A stretch of DNA of 63,829 nucleotides from a virus (lineage: Duplodnaviria > Caudoviricetes), in IMG/VR virus record IMGVR_UViG_3300025875_000017, positions 1 to 63,829 of that record. The stretch is one strand, 5' to 3'. Below are positions 15,423-25,200 of this stretch, one piece after another. The notes beneath the pieces were generated by a model. It was not told the DNA's origin. It worked only from the letters and a program-made list of their open reading frames with translations, and made no database searches. Within the stretch, counting starts at the first letter, position 1. Each line of letters opens with the position of its first letter. A program made the translations under genes and the position numbers.

Positions 15423-16463
15423 GTGACCACGCCAACGCAGCAGCGGACCGCACAGGCCACCAGCGTCACGGCAGCATCGGGAGCGGTCGACTCGGGCCCG
15501 CCGATTGCCGTTGCGGCGACTGTGGTGGGCCGCATGGTCGCCAACGAGGGCATCGCGCACCAGCGGGTAGCCGACAACCTTGTGGCGGCGCTGTTGAGGC
15601 TGTGGCGGTCGTTCAGCGGCTACTACGCGGGCGATGACGTAGCCCGTTTCGGTCAGCAGGCTGCGACGCTCGTCGAGGCCGCACAAAAGGCCACGGGGCA
15701 GATCACCGAGCAGCATCTTCGGCAGCAGTTCCAGCGCATGGACGCGCCGCTACCGCGCGGGACGATTGTTGACTTGCCGTCATCGCTGCGGATCGGCGCG
15801 GACACCGCAGACGTGTATCAGCGGCCCGCGCGCACCGTGCGCTACCTGGAATCGACGGGTGTTGAGCAGGCGGACGCGGTCGAGCAGGCCACGCAACGCC
15901 TGGAAACGCTCGCCCGCACTGACATGCAGTTGGCGAAGACCACCGCCGCGCAGCAAGTCATGTACGCGGCGGACCCGGACACGCGCGGTTATCGGCGGGT
16001 TATTCACCCCGAGGTGTCCGGGCACGTGTGCGGCCTGTGCATTGTCGCATCGGACCGCGTGTACCACCGCGAGAACCTGCTGCCGATTCATCCGGGTTGC
16101 CACTGCACCGTGTTGCCCATTGTTGGCAGCAAAGACCCGGGGCATTCGCTCAACGGTGACGACCTGAGCCGCATTTATGAGGCCGCCGGGTCAAACAAGG
16201 CCGCTGATCTTCGTAAAACCCAGATCGCTATTCACACGAACGGTGAACTGGGGGATGTGTTGACTCCCGCCGGTCAGCCACCGCGCACACCTAAGCAGTC
16301 CGACGCGGATTCGGCCCGTATCGCCGCTGAGCAGCGCGTCAAGACGCTAGAGGCGCAACGGCAGGCTTTGCGTAAGCAACTGGACAAGGACGGTCTCACC
16401 ACCGCTCAAACAGTTTGGCTCTCGGACCGTATCGACGTGTTGGAAAGCCAGCTCACCGCCTAA
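15423..16463 (+). CDS. capsid maturation / MuF-like minor head protein
   Basis: GYRRVIHPE...CGLCIVASDR.Y....LLPIHPGCHCTVLP. Confidence 0.8.
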   Translation: MTTPTQQRTAQATSVTAASGAVDSGPPIAVAATVVGRMVANEGIAHQRVADNLVAALLRLWRSFSGYYAGDDVARFGQQAATLVEAAQKATGQITEQHLRQQFQRMDAPLPRGTIVDLPSSLRIGADTADVYQRPARTVRYLESTGVEQADAVEQATQRLETLARTDMQLAKTTAAQQVMYAADPDTRGYRRVIHPEVSGHVCGLCIVASDRVYHRENLLPIHPGCHCTVLPIVGSKDPGHSLNGDDLSRIYEAAGSNKAADLRKTQIAIHTNGELGDVLTPAGQPPRTPKQSDADSARIAAEQRVKTLEAQRQALRKQLDKDGLTTAQTVWLSDRIDVLESQLTA

Positions 16464-16522
16464 CGGCACACAAACCATCCGGTACCGCAACGGGACCGGA
16501 CTTTCCCGCAACGGGAGCACAA

Positions 16523-17068
16523 ATGAGCGACACTGATACCACCACAGACACGTCCGCAACGGACACCGACACTGGCGACACCACCATCGAGCATGTTGAC
16601 GCGGCTGTAACCGCTGATGCGCTCGGTGACGCCGGTAAGCAGGCCCTCGACCGCATGAAGGCCGAGCGCAACGAGGCGAGTAGCAAGCTCAAGTCGCTGC
16701 AAAAGGAGCTGGACAAGTACAAGCAAGCCCAGATGACCGAGCAGGAGCGCGCCGTCGCTGCCGCGAAGGCTGAGGGCTACGCGGAGGCCAGTCAAAAGGC
16801 ATCCGAGTCGGCTGTCATGGCTATCCTGCGGGCCAATTTGCAGGCCCGCGGTAAGTCCGGCGCCGAGCTGGATGAGCTTTTGGAGCCGGTTACCGCTAAG
16901 TCGTTCATCAACGATGGCGAGATCAACACCGACAAGGTTGTTGCGTTCGCTGGCCGCCTCGCCCCTACCGCCGGATTTTCTGACCTTGGTCAGGGGCGGC
17001 GGGAAGCCACTGATAAGCCCGTGACGATGAGCGAACTCATTCGTCGCGCAGCAGGACACCAGCAGTAA
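16523..17068 (+). CDS. scaffolding protein
   Basis: Acidic N-terminus; LGDAGKQALDRMKAER coiled coil; precedes the capsid gene. Confidence 0.85.
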   Translation: MSDTDTTTDTSATDTDTGDTTIEHVDAAVTADALGDAGKQALDRMKAERNEASSKLKSLQKELDKYKQAQMTEQERAVAAAKAEGYAEASQKASESAVMAILRANLQARGKSGAELDELLEPVTAKSFINDGEINTDKVVAFAGRLAPTAGFSDLGQGRREATDKPVTMSELIRRAAGHQQ

Positions 17069-17135
17069 TTCGTAGCACCCGGCATTGCGCGGGGACCGCT
17101 ACTCATTGACTATCCCTTGAAAGGGGACCCACGCA

Positions 17136-18086
17136 ATGGCGTTTAACAACGTGACGAGTCGGACGGACGCTGCGGCGCTCATCCCCGAGGAGGTGTCTAA
17201 GGACATGCTCCGAACCGCGACCAACGAGTCCGCGGTTCTCTCGCAGTTCCGGCACATCCCCGTCGGCCGCGCCCAGGTGCGCATGCCCGTCCTCTCCACG
17301 CTCCCCGTCGCCTACTTCGTGAACGGTGACACCGGTCTTAAGCAGACCACCGAAATGAACTGGGCCAACAAGTTCCTCAACGTCGAGGAAATTGCCACCA
17401 TCATGCCCGTTCCCGACAATGTCCTCGCCGACGTTGACGCGAACATTTGGGACGAGGCCATGCCGTACCTCGTTGAGGCTTTCGGCCGGACGTTGGACGC
17501 GGCCGTGTTCTTCGGCACCAACTCCCCGTCCTCCTGGCCCACCAACATTTCCGCTGCCGCCGCCGCGGCCGGTAACACGGTCACCGAGGGCTCCACGGCT
17601 GCGGCCGGTGGGTTCTTTGGTGATATCGACGCCACCATTGAGACCGTTGAGACCGACGGCTTCGACGTGTCTGGTTTCGTCGCTTCCCGCTCCACCAAGG
17701 GCAAGCTCCGCGCCGCCCGCAACGCGCAGGGTGACCGCCTCGACGCTAACCGCGTCAACGGGCCCCTCACCGAGATCGACGGCAACCCGATCTCTTACCC
17801 CATGCGCGGTTTGTTCCCCGCTGGTGGTGCCGCTGGCAGCAACGTCCGTCTTTTCGCGGGCGATTTCAGTCAGTTTGTGGTCGGTGTTCGACAGGACATC
17901 ACCATGAAGGTGCTGACCGAGGCCGTCATTCAGGACAACACTGGGGCCATTGTGTATAACCTCGCCCAACAAGATATGACGGCCGTGCGACTTACTTTCC
18001 GCGTTGGTTGGCAAGTTTCGAACTTGATCAACTACGATGCCCCCGACGCGGCGACTCGGTACCCGGTCGCTCGCTTGACGTACTAA
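17136..18086 (+). CDS. major capsid protein (HK97 fold)
   Basis: LIPEEVS, AYFVNGDTGLKQTT, GDFSQFVVGVRQDIT, NLAQQDMTAVR. Confidence 0.93.
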   Translation: MAFNNVTSRTDAAALIPEEVSKDMLRTATNESAVLSQFRHIPVGRAQVRMPVLSTLPVAYFVNGDTGLKQTTEMNWANKFLNVEEIATIMPVPDNVLADVDANIWDEAMPYLVEAFGRTLDAAVFFGTNSPSSWPTNISAAAAAAGNTVTEGSTAAAGGFFGDIDATIETVETDGFDVSGFVASRSTKGKLRAARNAQGDRLDANRVNGPLTEIDGNPISYPMRGLFPAGGAAGSNVRLFAGDFSQFVVGVRQDITMKVLTEAVIQDNTGAIVYNLAQQDMTAVRLTFRVGWQVSNLINYDAPDAATRYPVARLTY

Positions 18087-18114
18087 TTTGCAAAAGCTGC
18101 TAAGATAGCAGCAC

Positions 18115-18168
18115 GCCGAGGCTAGGGTAGCTCCCGAAAAGTGGTACACCCACACCGCCTGCCTCGGC
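18115..18168 (+). promoter_or_regulatory. three-way-junction RNA element in the 5' leader of an HNH gene, downstream of extended -10 TGCTAAGAT
   Basis: GCCGAGGC/GCCTCGGC closing stem; GGG-TAGCT-CCC; GAAAA linker; GTGGT/ACCGC. Confidence 0.55.
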
Positions 18169-18196
18169 TCTAAGTGGGGTAAGGCTGGGAGCCTTA

Positions 18197-18589
18197 ATGC
18201 AAACGTGTCGAACGTGTGGCGAAACTTTGCCTTTTGACTCGTTTTATAAAAACGCTGGATCGACAAATGGCAGATTGCAACGCTGCAAGACTTGCTGTAT
18301 AGCTCGTTATCGATCTGGTGTTATTGAGCGCGCCAAGCGAGATCGTGCTTATTTTCAACGAATTAAAGTTGAGCGCGGTTGTACAGATTGTGGATACAAC
18401 GCTCACGCGGTCGCACTTGACTTCGATCACCTGCCCGGTGCGGTCAAGTTGTATCGCGTCGCTTCTATGGCGGGTTTGAGGCGCGCGCTGGTGGACGCCG
18501 AAATAGCTAAATGTGAGGTCGTCTGCGCGAATTGTCATCGCGTTCGGACGGCTACCCGACTTGCAGAAAAGGACAATACTAATGGCTGA
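18197..18589 (+). CDS. HNH endonuclease inserted after the capsid gene
   Basis: CRTCG...CKTC; GCTDCG...LDFDH...EIAKCEVVCANCHR; lower GC. Confidence 0.85.
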   Translation: MQTCRTCGETLPFDSFYKNAGSTNGRLQRCKTCCIARYRSGVIERAKRDRAYFQRIKVERGCTDCGYNAHAVALDFDHLPGAVKLYRVASMAGLRRALVDAEIAKCEVVCANCHRVRTATRLAEKDNTNG

Positions 18590-18800
18590 TCAAAAGGCTG
18601 TTTCGCAGAACGACAAGGCCGAGGCGCAGGTTCAGGCCAAGGTTGATGAGGAGCTGGAGCAGGGTTTCCGTGGTGTGAGGGTTGACCCGACGCCGAGCGA
18701 GAACTATTCCGTTGCGGGCGTGACGTCCGGTAAGCCGACTCCGGAGACTGACCCGGAGCAGAAGGCTAAGGCTGACGCTCACCGGGCCAAGCTGGTCTGA
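18582..18800 (+). CDS. small head-associated protein
   Basis: AAGGA RBS; head-neck position. Confidence 0.65.
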   Translation: MADQKAVSQNDKAEAQVQAKVDEELEQGFRGVRVDPTPSENYSVAGVTSGKPTPETDPEQKAKADAHRAKLV

Positions 18801-18866
18801 CGTGTGACGGGCGGCCCTGACATGAGTTGGGGCTGCCTAAGCCGTCCAACTATCGAAAGGGCCCGC

Positions 18867-19304
18867 ATGGCTTACGCAACGTTGGATGATGTGCGGGCCG
18901 CCTATGAGGGCGACACGCTGCCCGCGTCCGATGATCGGGTGAACTATTTGCTGCGGGTGGTGTCGGCTCGTTTGACGGCGCTTCGGCCTGGTTTGCCGAT
19001 GTGGCTGGACGCGCACCTTGTGGACGCTGATCTGGTCACGGACATAGTTGTGCGCGCGGTGTTGCGGGATGTGCGGCACCCGGATTCGTCGGTGGCAAAC
19101 TTGTCGCAGACGGCGGGCCCGTTTAGTACAACGACGACGTACCGGCAGGATACGGGTGGGGATGCCTTGTTCGATGAGGCCGATTTGGCCGCGCTCGTTT
19201 TGCCTGGCGCTACGTCGTTTGGTGTAGGTACGATCAAGTTGAATGCCCCTGATTACACGCCGCGCTTGCCGCCGCGCACTTGGCGGAATCGGGGTGCGGA
19301 TTGA
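18867..19304 (+). CDS. head-to-tail adaptor
   Basis: MAYATLDDV...V.RAVLR..R.P...QTAGPFS. Confidence 0.8.
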   Translation: MAYATLDDVRAAYEGDTLPASDDRVNYLLRVVSARLTALRPGLPMWLDAHLVDADLVTDIVVRAVLRDVRHPDSSVANLSQTAGPFSTTTTYRQDTGGDALFDEADLAALVLPGATSFGVGTIKLNAPDYTPRLPPRTWRNRGAD

Positions 19305-19639
19305 CCGCGCCGTGGTTCGCCCGGTTCGGCCAGGAGATCACGGTGGTTCGCCGCACGGTCACGGGTCAGGACGATCTCGGCAATGATGTGTACGCGGAGT
19401 CTCGGTCTACGGTGATCGGTGCGTTTGCTCCGTCGACGTCGCAGGAGTTTGTGCAGGGCCAGGATTTGGTCATTGACCATCCCGCCGTGTACCTGCCGAC
19501 CGGCACGAACGTGGACGCGATCGACCACGTTGAGGTTGGTGGCCGCAGCTATAACGTCGATGGCAGTCCGAACGACTGGCATAGCCCGATGACGGGCTGG
19601 GCTCCTGGCGTTGAAGTTCGTTTGGAGGGCACCCGCTGA
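19301..19639 (+). CDS. head-to-tail stopper
   Basis: D.LGN, D.VEV.GRSY.VDG.P..W.SP.TGW.PG. Confidence 0.8.
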   Translation: MTAPWFARFGQEITVVRRTVTGQDDLGNDVYAESRSTVIGAFAPSTSQEFVQGQDLVIDHPAVYLPTGTNVDAIDHVEVGGRSYNVDGSPNDWHSPMTGWAPGVEVRLEGTR

Positions 19640-19989
19640 TGGCGAGCCAGTTTAACGCTAGCTATCGAGGAATTGGTGAGCTTCTTAAGTCACCGGGAAT
19701 TCAGGCGGCTATGCGCGCGAAGGCTGAGCGGGTTGCTCAGGCAGCGCGTGCGGCGGCCCCAGTTGGTGATGCGATTACCGATAAGCACCCTGGCGAGTAC
19801 CGGGACGGTTTTGAGGTGTCGTCGGGTACGAATCGGACTCGCGCGTATGGCCGTGTGGAGAACCATGTTGGTCATGCGGCGGCTGTGGAGTTTGGGAATG
19901 GTCGTACGCAGCCGGCGAATCGTGCGCGTAAGACGATTGATGCTCATTACACGTTGACGCGGGCGCTGGACGTTCTCGCGCATGACTAG
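19639..19989 (+). CDS. HK97 gp10-like neck protein
   Basis: G.YRDGF...HAAAVEFG...LTRALD. Confidence 0.7.
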   Translation: MASQFNASYRGIGELLKSPGIQAAMRAKAERVAQAARAAAPVGDAITDKHPGEYRDGFEVSSGTNRTRAYGRVENHVGHAAAVEFGNGRTQPANRARKTIDAHYTLTRALDVLAHD

Positions 19990-20001
19990 TTGGGGGCGGC
20001 T

Positions 20002-20265
20002 ATGCCGTTTGTGAAGTACACGTATCCGAAGGATGTTCGCCGGTTCGGTTCGGATCCTGTTGAGGTGACGGATCGGCACGCGGAGCTGATTGTGCGGGAC
20101 AGGCGCGGTGTCGTCGTGGATTCCCATGATGAGCTTGAGTCCGAGACGAAGGCTGAGCTGGTGGCGAAGGCTGTTGAGCTTGGTAAGCGTGTGCCGGCGA
20201 AGGCGAAGAAGCCGGAGCTGGTGAAGCTGGTCGAGGACGCGCAGGCCGCCGAGGGCCAGTCGTGA
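20002..20265 (+). CDS. small protein with Rho-N/HeH-like C-terminal motif
   Basis: TKAELVAKAVELG...AKKPELVKLV. Confidence 0.55.
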   Translation: MPFVKYTYPKDVRRFGSDPVEVTDRHAELIVRDRRGVVVDSHDELESETKAELVAKAVELGKRVPAKAKKPELVKLVEDAQAAEGQS

Positions 20266-20419
20266 TTGAGCGGACTGTTATCGTTCAGGAGTATTTGGAC
20301 GTGGACACTGGCGAGCTATTGCGCCGTAATGTTTCGACTCGGGTACAGAGTCACGGTTCCGCTAAGCCGATTATTGCCGAATCCAAGTATTTGAGCGGCC
20401 TCCGCGCTAAGGCGAGTTA

Positions 20420-20848
20420 GTGTCCGCGCCGCCGATTTCGCTGGCAAAGGATCCGCCGGTCCCGTTGTCGACGGAGCAACTGCTCGTTCCGTGGCTGCGA
20501 GCGTTTCTCAACGTTCGCGCGGTCACGGAGTTGCCCGCGAACCTTGCGACGGTCACCCCGATCATCGACGTTGCGCGTATCGGTGGCGGGTCCGATGACA
20601 ACAACCCGTCGTTTGAGTTCCCGACCGTGAGTATCGACTGCTACGCGGCTAACGTCACTGACACTATGGCGCTGGCAATGCGTGTCGACCGGGCTATCCG
20701 AGTTAACTTGCCAGGCCAGCCGCTCGCTAACCGTGCTGTGGTCACGCGCACCGACACGATCAGCGGCCCATCGTTCCGTCCCTACGATGATCTCGCGCTC
20801 CGCAGGTTCGGGGCCACGTACCGCATTCTGATTAAGCAACCCGTTTAA
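20420..20848 (+). CDS. tail terminator
   Basis: V.RIGG.D...PTVSIDCYA...RRFGATY; precedes the major tail gene. Confidence 0.8.
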   Translation: MSAPPISLAKDPPVPLSTEQLLVPWLRAFLNVRAVTELPANLATVTPIIDVARIGGGSDDNNPSFEFPTVSIDCYAANVTDTMALAMRVDRAIRVNLPGQPLANRAVVTRTDTISGPSFRPYDDLALRRFGATYRILIKQPV

Positions 20849-20917
20849 CCACTGCATTACCTTGCACCTCGACAGTCGTCGGGGTATTAACCATGCCCGA
20901 AAGGAACATCACGAACG

Positions 20918-21481
20918 ATGGCTGTTGACACCGATTACGCGCTTGCCATGTCTGACGGGGTTTGCTCTATGGCTCCCGTTGGCACCCCCGCGCCCGTTGG
21001 CATGACTGCCCTTGGTAGCCCTTGGGTTGACATGGGTGCTATTAGCACTGACGGTCTTACCGAATCGTTTTCGACCGACCGAACCGATTTCAAGCGTTGG
21101 GGCAGCAAGCAAAAGTTCAAGACCGTTGTTACGAACGTTGACAAGACGTTCCAGTTGACGTTTCTTGAGACCAACCCTAACGTTTTGGGTCTTTACTTCG
21201 GCATTGACGCTCCGACGCCCGACCCGACCACCAAAATCATGTCTGTTATTGACGACACTTCCGGCGGGATTAACATCGTTTCTTTCGTCTTCGACATTGT
21301 CGAGGAAGGAACGGGTAACCACGCTCGTTTTTACCTCCCCAAGGCTGAGGTCACGACTCAGGCTGATGTTAAGTACGCGACTGACACATTGAGCCAGTAC
21401 GGCGTCACCATCACCGCCTACCCGGACGACGCTGGCGTTTCGGTCGCTCGCCAGTACAAGCTTGATGCGGTGAACGGCTGA
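20918..21481 (+). CDS. major tail protein
   Basis: APVGT..P...W.DMGAISTDG..E, FQLTFLETN, YGVTITAYPD. Confidence 0.9.
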   Translation: MAVDTDYALAMSDGVCSMAPVGTPAPVGMTALGSPWVDMGAISTDGLTESFSTDRTDFKRWGSKQKFKTVVTNVDKTFQLTFLETNPNVLGLYFGIDAPTPDPTTKIMSVIDDTSGGINIVSFVFDIVEEGTGNHARFYLPKAEVTTQADVKYATDTLSQYGVTITAYPDDAGVSVARQYKLDAVNG

Positions 21482-21819
21482 TGGCCGCCGCATTGGAGGC
21501 CGTGGAGGCTGAGGCCACGGAGCCCGCTGAGGGTGTCCTGGTTGAGCTAGTGACGGATGAGGGTTCCGCTGAGCTGCTGGTGCCGCCGGTCGGTAAGTGG
21601 AAGACCCGCGCTCAGGCCGCTCTTGCTAGCGGTGACCTTGATCGGTGGGCGCAGATCACTCTTTTTACTGAGGACGTCGACGCGTGGCGCGAACTTGATC
21701 CCACCCTGGACGACGTCAATGCGTTTCTTAAGAATTGGGAGACCGCGGCGAACGCTGACCTGGGAAAGTCACGGGGCTCGTCGGGTTCCTCCAAGACGAC
21801 GAAGCGTGCCAAGCGGTAG
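21481..21819 (+). CDS. tail assembly chaperone (G)
   Basis: Between the major tail and TMP genes; contains a slippery site. Confidence 0.85.
   Translation: MAAALEAVEAEATEPAEGVLVELVTDEGSAELLVPPVGKWKTRAQAALASGDLDRWAQITLFTEDVDAWRELDPTLDDVNAFLKNWETAANADLGKSRGSSGSSKTTKRAKR
21762..21768 (+). other. -1 programmed frameshift site G GGA AAG giving the G-T fusion through 22196
   Basis: The -1 frame reads GKVTGLVGFLQDDEACQAVEADLRRYYQIKL without stops into ORF 21852..22196. Confidence 0.85.
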
Positions 21820-21851
21820 AAGCCGATCTGCGGCGCTACTACCAAATTAAA

Positions 21852-22196
21852 TTGGGTTGGCTGTTCACGGGCAAACTGACGCACCGCGAGGCGCTGGTCT
21901 ACATCGCACAACTGCCTGAGGATTCGCGTACGCAAACGTTGCTGCGTGATCGGCAGAATGCGCAGCCCGCTGAGCCGAACGATGGTCCGGTGAAATTCGG
22001 TCCGTGGCGTACCGAAAATTATCAGCTCGCGGCTCTCACGGATGCCGTGCGCCGGCTGGAAATCACATTGGTGCGTGTCAACGGTAATGACGAAAAGTAT
22101 CCGGATCCAAGCCCGCGTCCTGGCATTGGCCGACCAGTGCGCCGTCAGTCGGTTGCGAACGTTACGTATCTAAGCAAGCTACGAGCACAGGGGTGA
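21852..22196 (+). CDS. tail assembly chaperone C-terminal part (T), reached by frameshift
   Basis: EADL.RYY upstream in frame; LP.DSRT; W....YQLA.L.D. Confidence 0.8.
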   Translation: MGWLFTGKLTHREALVYIAQLPEDSRTQTLLRDRQNAQPAEPNDGPVKFGPWRTENYQLAALTDAVRRLEITLVRVNGNDEKYPDPSPRPGIGRPVRRQSVANVTYLSKLRAQG

Positions 22197-22200
22197 CATT

Positions 22201-25200
22201 TTGAGCATCAACGTCGGCTCCGTGTCCGTGGAAGTTGTCCCAAGCACTAAAGAGTTTGCCGAAAAGCTTCGGACTCAGCTTGCTGATTTGAAGACAAGTG
22301 TTCGGGTTGAACCTGACACTAAGGGGTTCGCCGCAAAGCTGAAGGCTCAGCTCAAAGATCAGCAAATCAAGGTTAAGCCGGTTATTGACCCAAACGATCC
22401 GGCTACGCGGGCTGCTGGGGCTAAGGCTGCTGGTTCATTTGCCGATAGTTTTAAAGCTCGCCTCAAGGCTGCTTTGGCGGATCTGCCGGAAGCCCGCATT
22501 ACCGCCAACTCGAATTATGCGGAAAGAACGATAGCCGATTTGCGTCGGCAGATGGAAACGCTTTCAAATAAGCGCATTGATATTGATATTTCTGCTCGGG
22601 ATGCTATTGCCGAGCTTGATCGGTTGCAAGCTGAGTTGGGGGCGGTTGGGGCTTCTTCTGCTGATCCTCGGATCCGTATTGATTCCGCTGCCGCCGCCGC
22701 TGAACTTGCGAAGTTTCGTGCTGAGTTGGCGCGTTTGGACGCGGAAGATGTCGATGTCGATGTCGATGTTGACACAAAGGGCGCTGAGTCTCGTCTTGCT
22801 GCGCTGAGCGGGTCTTCTTTTAATGCGTCTGGTGGTATGTCGTCGCTGATTGCTGCTGCCGTTGCATTGAGTCCTGCGCTGATCCCGATTGGCGCGGCGG
22901 CGATTGGTGCGAGCGTTGGTATCGCCGCGCTCGGTGCTGCCGGTGTCACGGCTGCTGGTGTTCTCGCCCTCGGCTTTTCGGGTGTGAGCGACGCCGTGAA
23001 ATTGTTGGGGCAGCGGTCGGATGCCGCGAAGGCCGCAGGGGCGTCTGCTGGGCAGTCTGCGGCGGCCCAGGCCCGGCAGATGGCTACGGCGCAGGCGTCG
23101 TTGGCGTCGGCGCAGCGACAGGCCGCGGAGTCGCAGGTGCAGTCTGCGGAGCGCGTGTCGGATGCGCAATACGCGGTGGGTCAGGCTGGACAGAAGGTCA
23201 CTCAAGCGCAGTACGCTTATGTGCAGGCCGGTAAGCAGGTTACCGAAGCCCAGTACGCGGTCGCGCAGTCCGCGCAGCGCGTGCAGGAAGCGCAATACGG
23301 TTTTGCTACGGCGTCCCGTCGGGTTACTGCGGCGCAGCAGGATCTTAAAACTGCGAACCAGGATGTCACTGACGCTGTTAAGGCGTTGACGGCGGCTCAG
23401 GAGGCTGCTGAGCGGCAATTGGAGTCGTACGCGGACCGCGCGGTTGATACTGGTTTGGCGCAGGAGCAGGCTGTCTTGGATTTGCAGGACGCGCAGGATA
23501 AGTACAACGCGACGATGAAGTCGTCTACGGCGACGGACCGCGACAAGATTGATGCGTCGCTGAGTTTGCGTAAGGCACAGCAGGGCCTGGTTGAGGCGAA
23601 CCAGGATGCGGCGAACGCGCAAGAGGACAATGCCGCCGCGCAGGCTAAGGGCGTTGCTGGTTCCGACCAGATGGTTGCGGCGACGAAGAATGTGCAGCAG
23701 GCCCAGCAGGGCGTCGTTGAAGCTACGCAGGCTGTGTCCGATGCGCAGCACGAGCAGGCGCAGGCAGCGCAGGGTGTTTTGGACGCCCAGCATGACCAGC
23801 AGCAGGCTATTGCGGCCGTGGTGGACGCTCAGCACGCTCAGCAAGCCGCCAACGTCGCGGTTCTTGAGGCGCAGCATGATCAGCAGCAGGCGGTGCGTGA
23901 TCTCGCGGACGCGCAGCGGCAGGCGGTTAATCAGCAGGCCGATTCGGCTGCGGCGATTGCGGCGGCTCAGCAGCAAATCCAGGCCGCGATGGACAAGACC
24001 GGTGATAGTGGTTCGGCGTCGCTGGCTAAGATTAACGATCAGTTGTCGAAGGTCAACCCGGCGACGCTCGCGTTCGCTGGGTTCGTGCAGGACAGGCTCG
24101 CGCCGGCGTTTGATCGGCTCAAGGGTGCTGCTGCGGCTGGGTTGTTGCCTGGCGTGCAGACGGCGTTGGAGAATCTGCTGCCTTTTGTGGGCCCGCTGTC
24201 CAAGTTCATTGGGCAATTAGCGGATCAGCTCGGCGACCTGTTCATTCAAGCATCCAATGCTTTGACGGGCCCCTTTTGGGCGCAGTTCTTCCAGTTCGTC
24301 GGTCGGGTCGCTGGCCCCACGATTGACACTCTCGGGCATATTATCGGTGACCTGTTCGAGGGTTTCGCTGGACTGGCGCAAGCGTTCCAGCCGGTCGCTG
24401 ACGTGTTCGTTGGCGGCATTAAGAACATGGCTGACCGGTTCGCCGAGTTCGGCAAGAACGCGAGTAGCAACTCGGGTTTCCAAAGTTTCATTCAGTACAT
24501 CATCGACAGCGGGCCGAAGGTTGCTAACTTTTTCGGTAGCCTGTTTGATGCTACGGGACGGATCCTCCAAGCGCTCGCCCCGGTCGGTGACGCGATCCTC
24601 GGTATCATTGGTTCGCTCGCGGATTCTATTGCGAAGTTGCCGCTGAGCACAATCCTTGATTTTGCGGCAGGGCTAGCCGCACTTGTGTTGGGCGGTTTGC
24701 AGCCTGAGGTTGCGGTTATCGCTGTGATCGCGGCCGGGTTTGTTGATTTGTATCAAAAGAGTCAACCGTTCCGCGACTTTATCGGCGAAATTGTTGATTT
24801 CGTTCAAACGCAACTAGTGCCGGTGCTTGGCGGTGTTCTCGCGGGTGCTATCCAGGGAGTTAAGGACGGTTTCCAGGACGTCATGAAAGTTGTCAACCAA
24901 AACCGGTCACAGCTTGGGGAGTTCTGGTCGTTCGTGAAAAACGATCTCGCCCCAGTCCTAACGTTTGTGCTCAAGTATGCTTTTGAACTGATCGTTGACA
25001 CGATCGCTGTTGTCGTGGCGGCTATCGGCGGTCTCGTAGATGTCTTCAACTTCCTGCGTGACACGGTCGATGCGGTGGCGTCTTTCTTCGCACAGAACGT
25101 GCTTCCGCGGCTGGTTGATTTCATCCAAACCGTTCAAGCAATCTATCGGGGCGTGCTTGATTTCTTGGGGCAAGCGTGGCTCACGCTTCAGGCTGTCATT

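Noticed and set aside
18115-18168. Hammerhead ribozyme
   Set aside because: It has a three-way junction and GAAA but no CUGANGA core.
22564-24216. Long antisense ORFs (also 17103..18266, 26011..27288, 39428..40726, 43108..44388)
   Set aside because: Shadow frames of high-GC, codon-biased sense genes, with no recognisable motifs.
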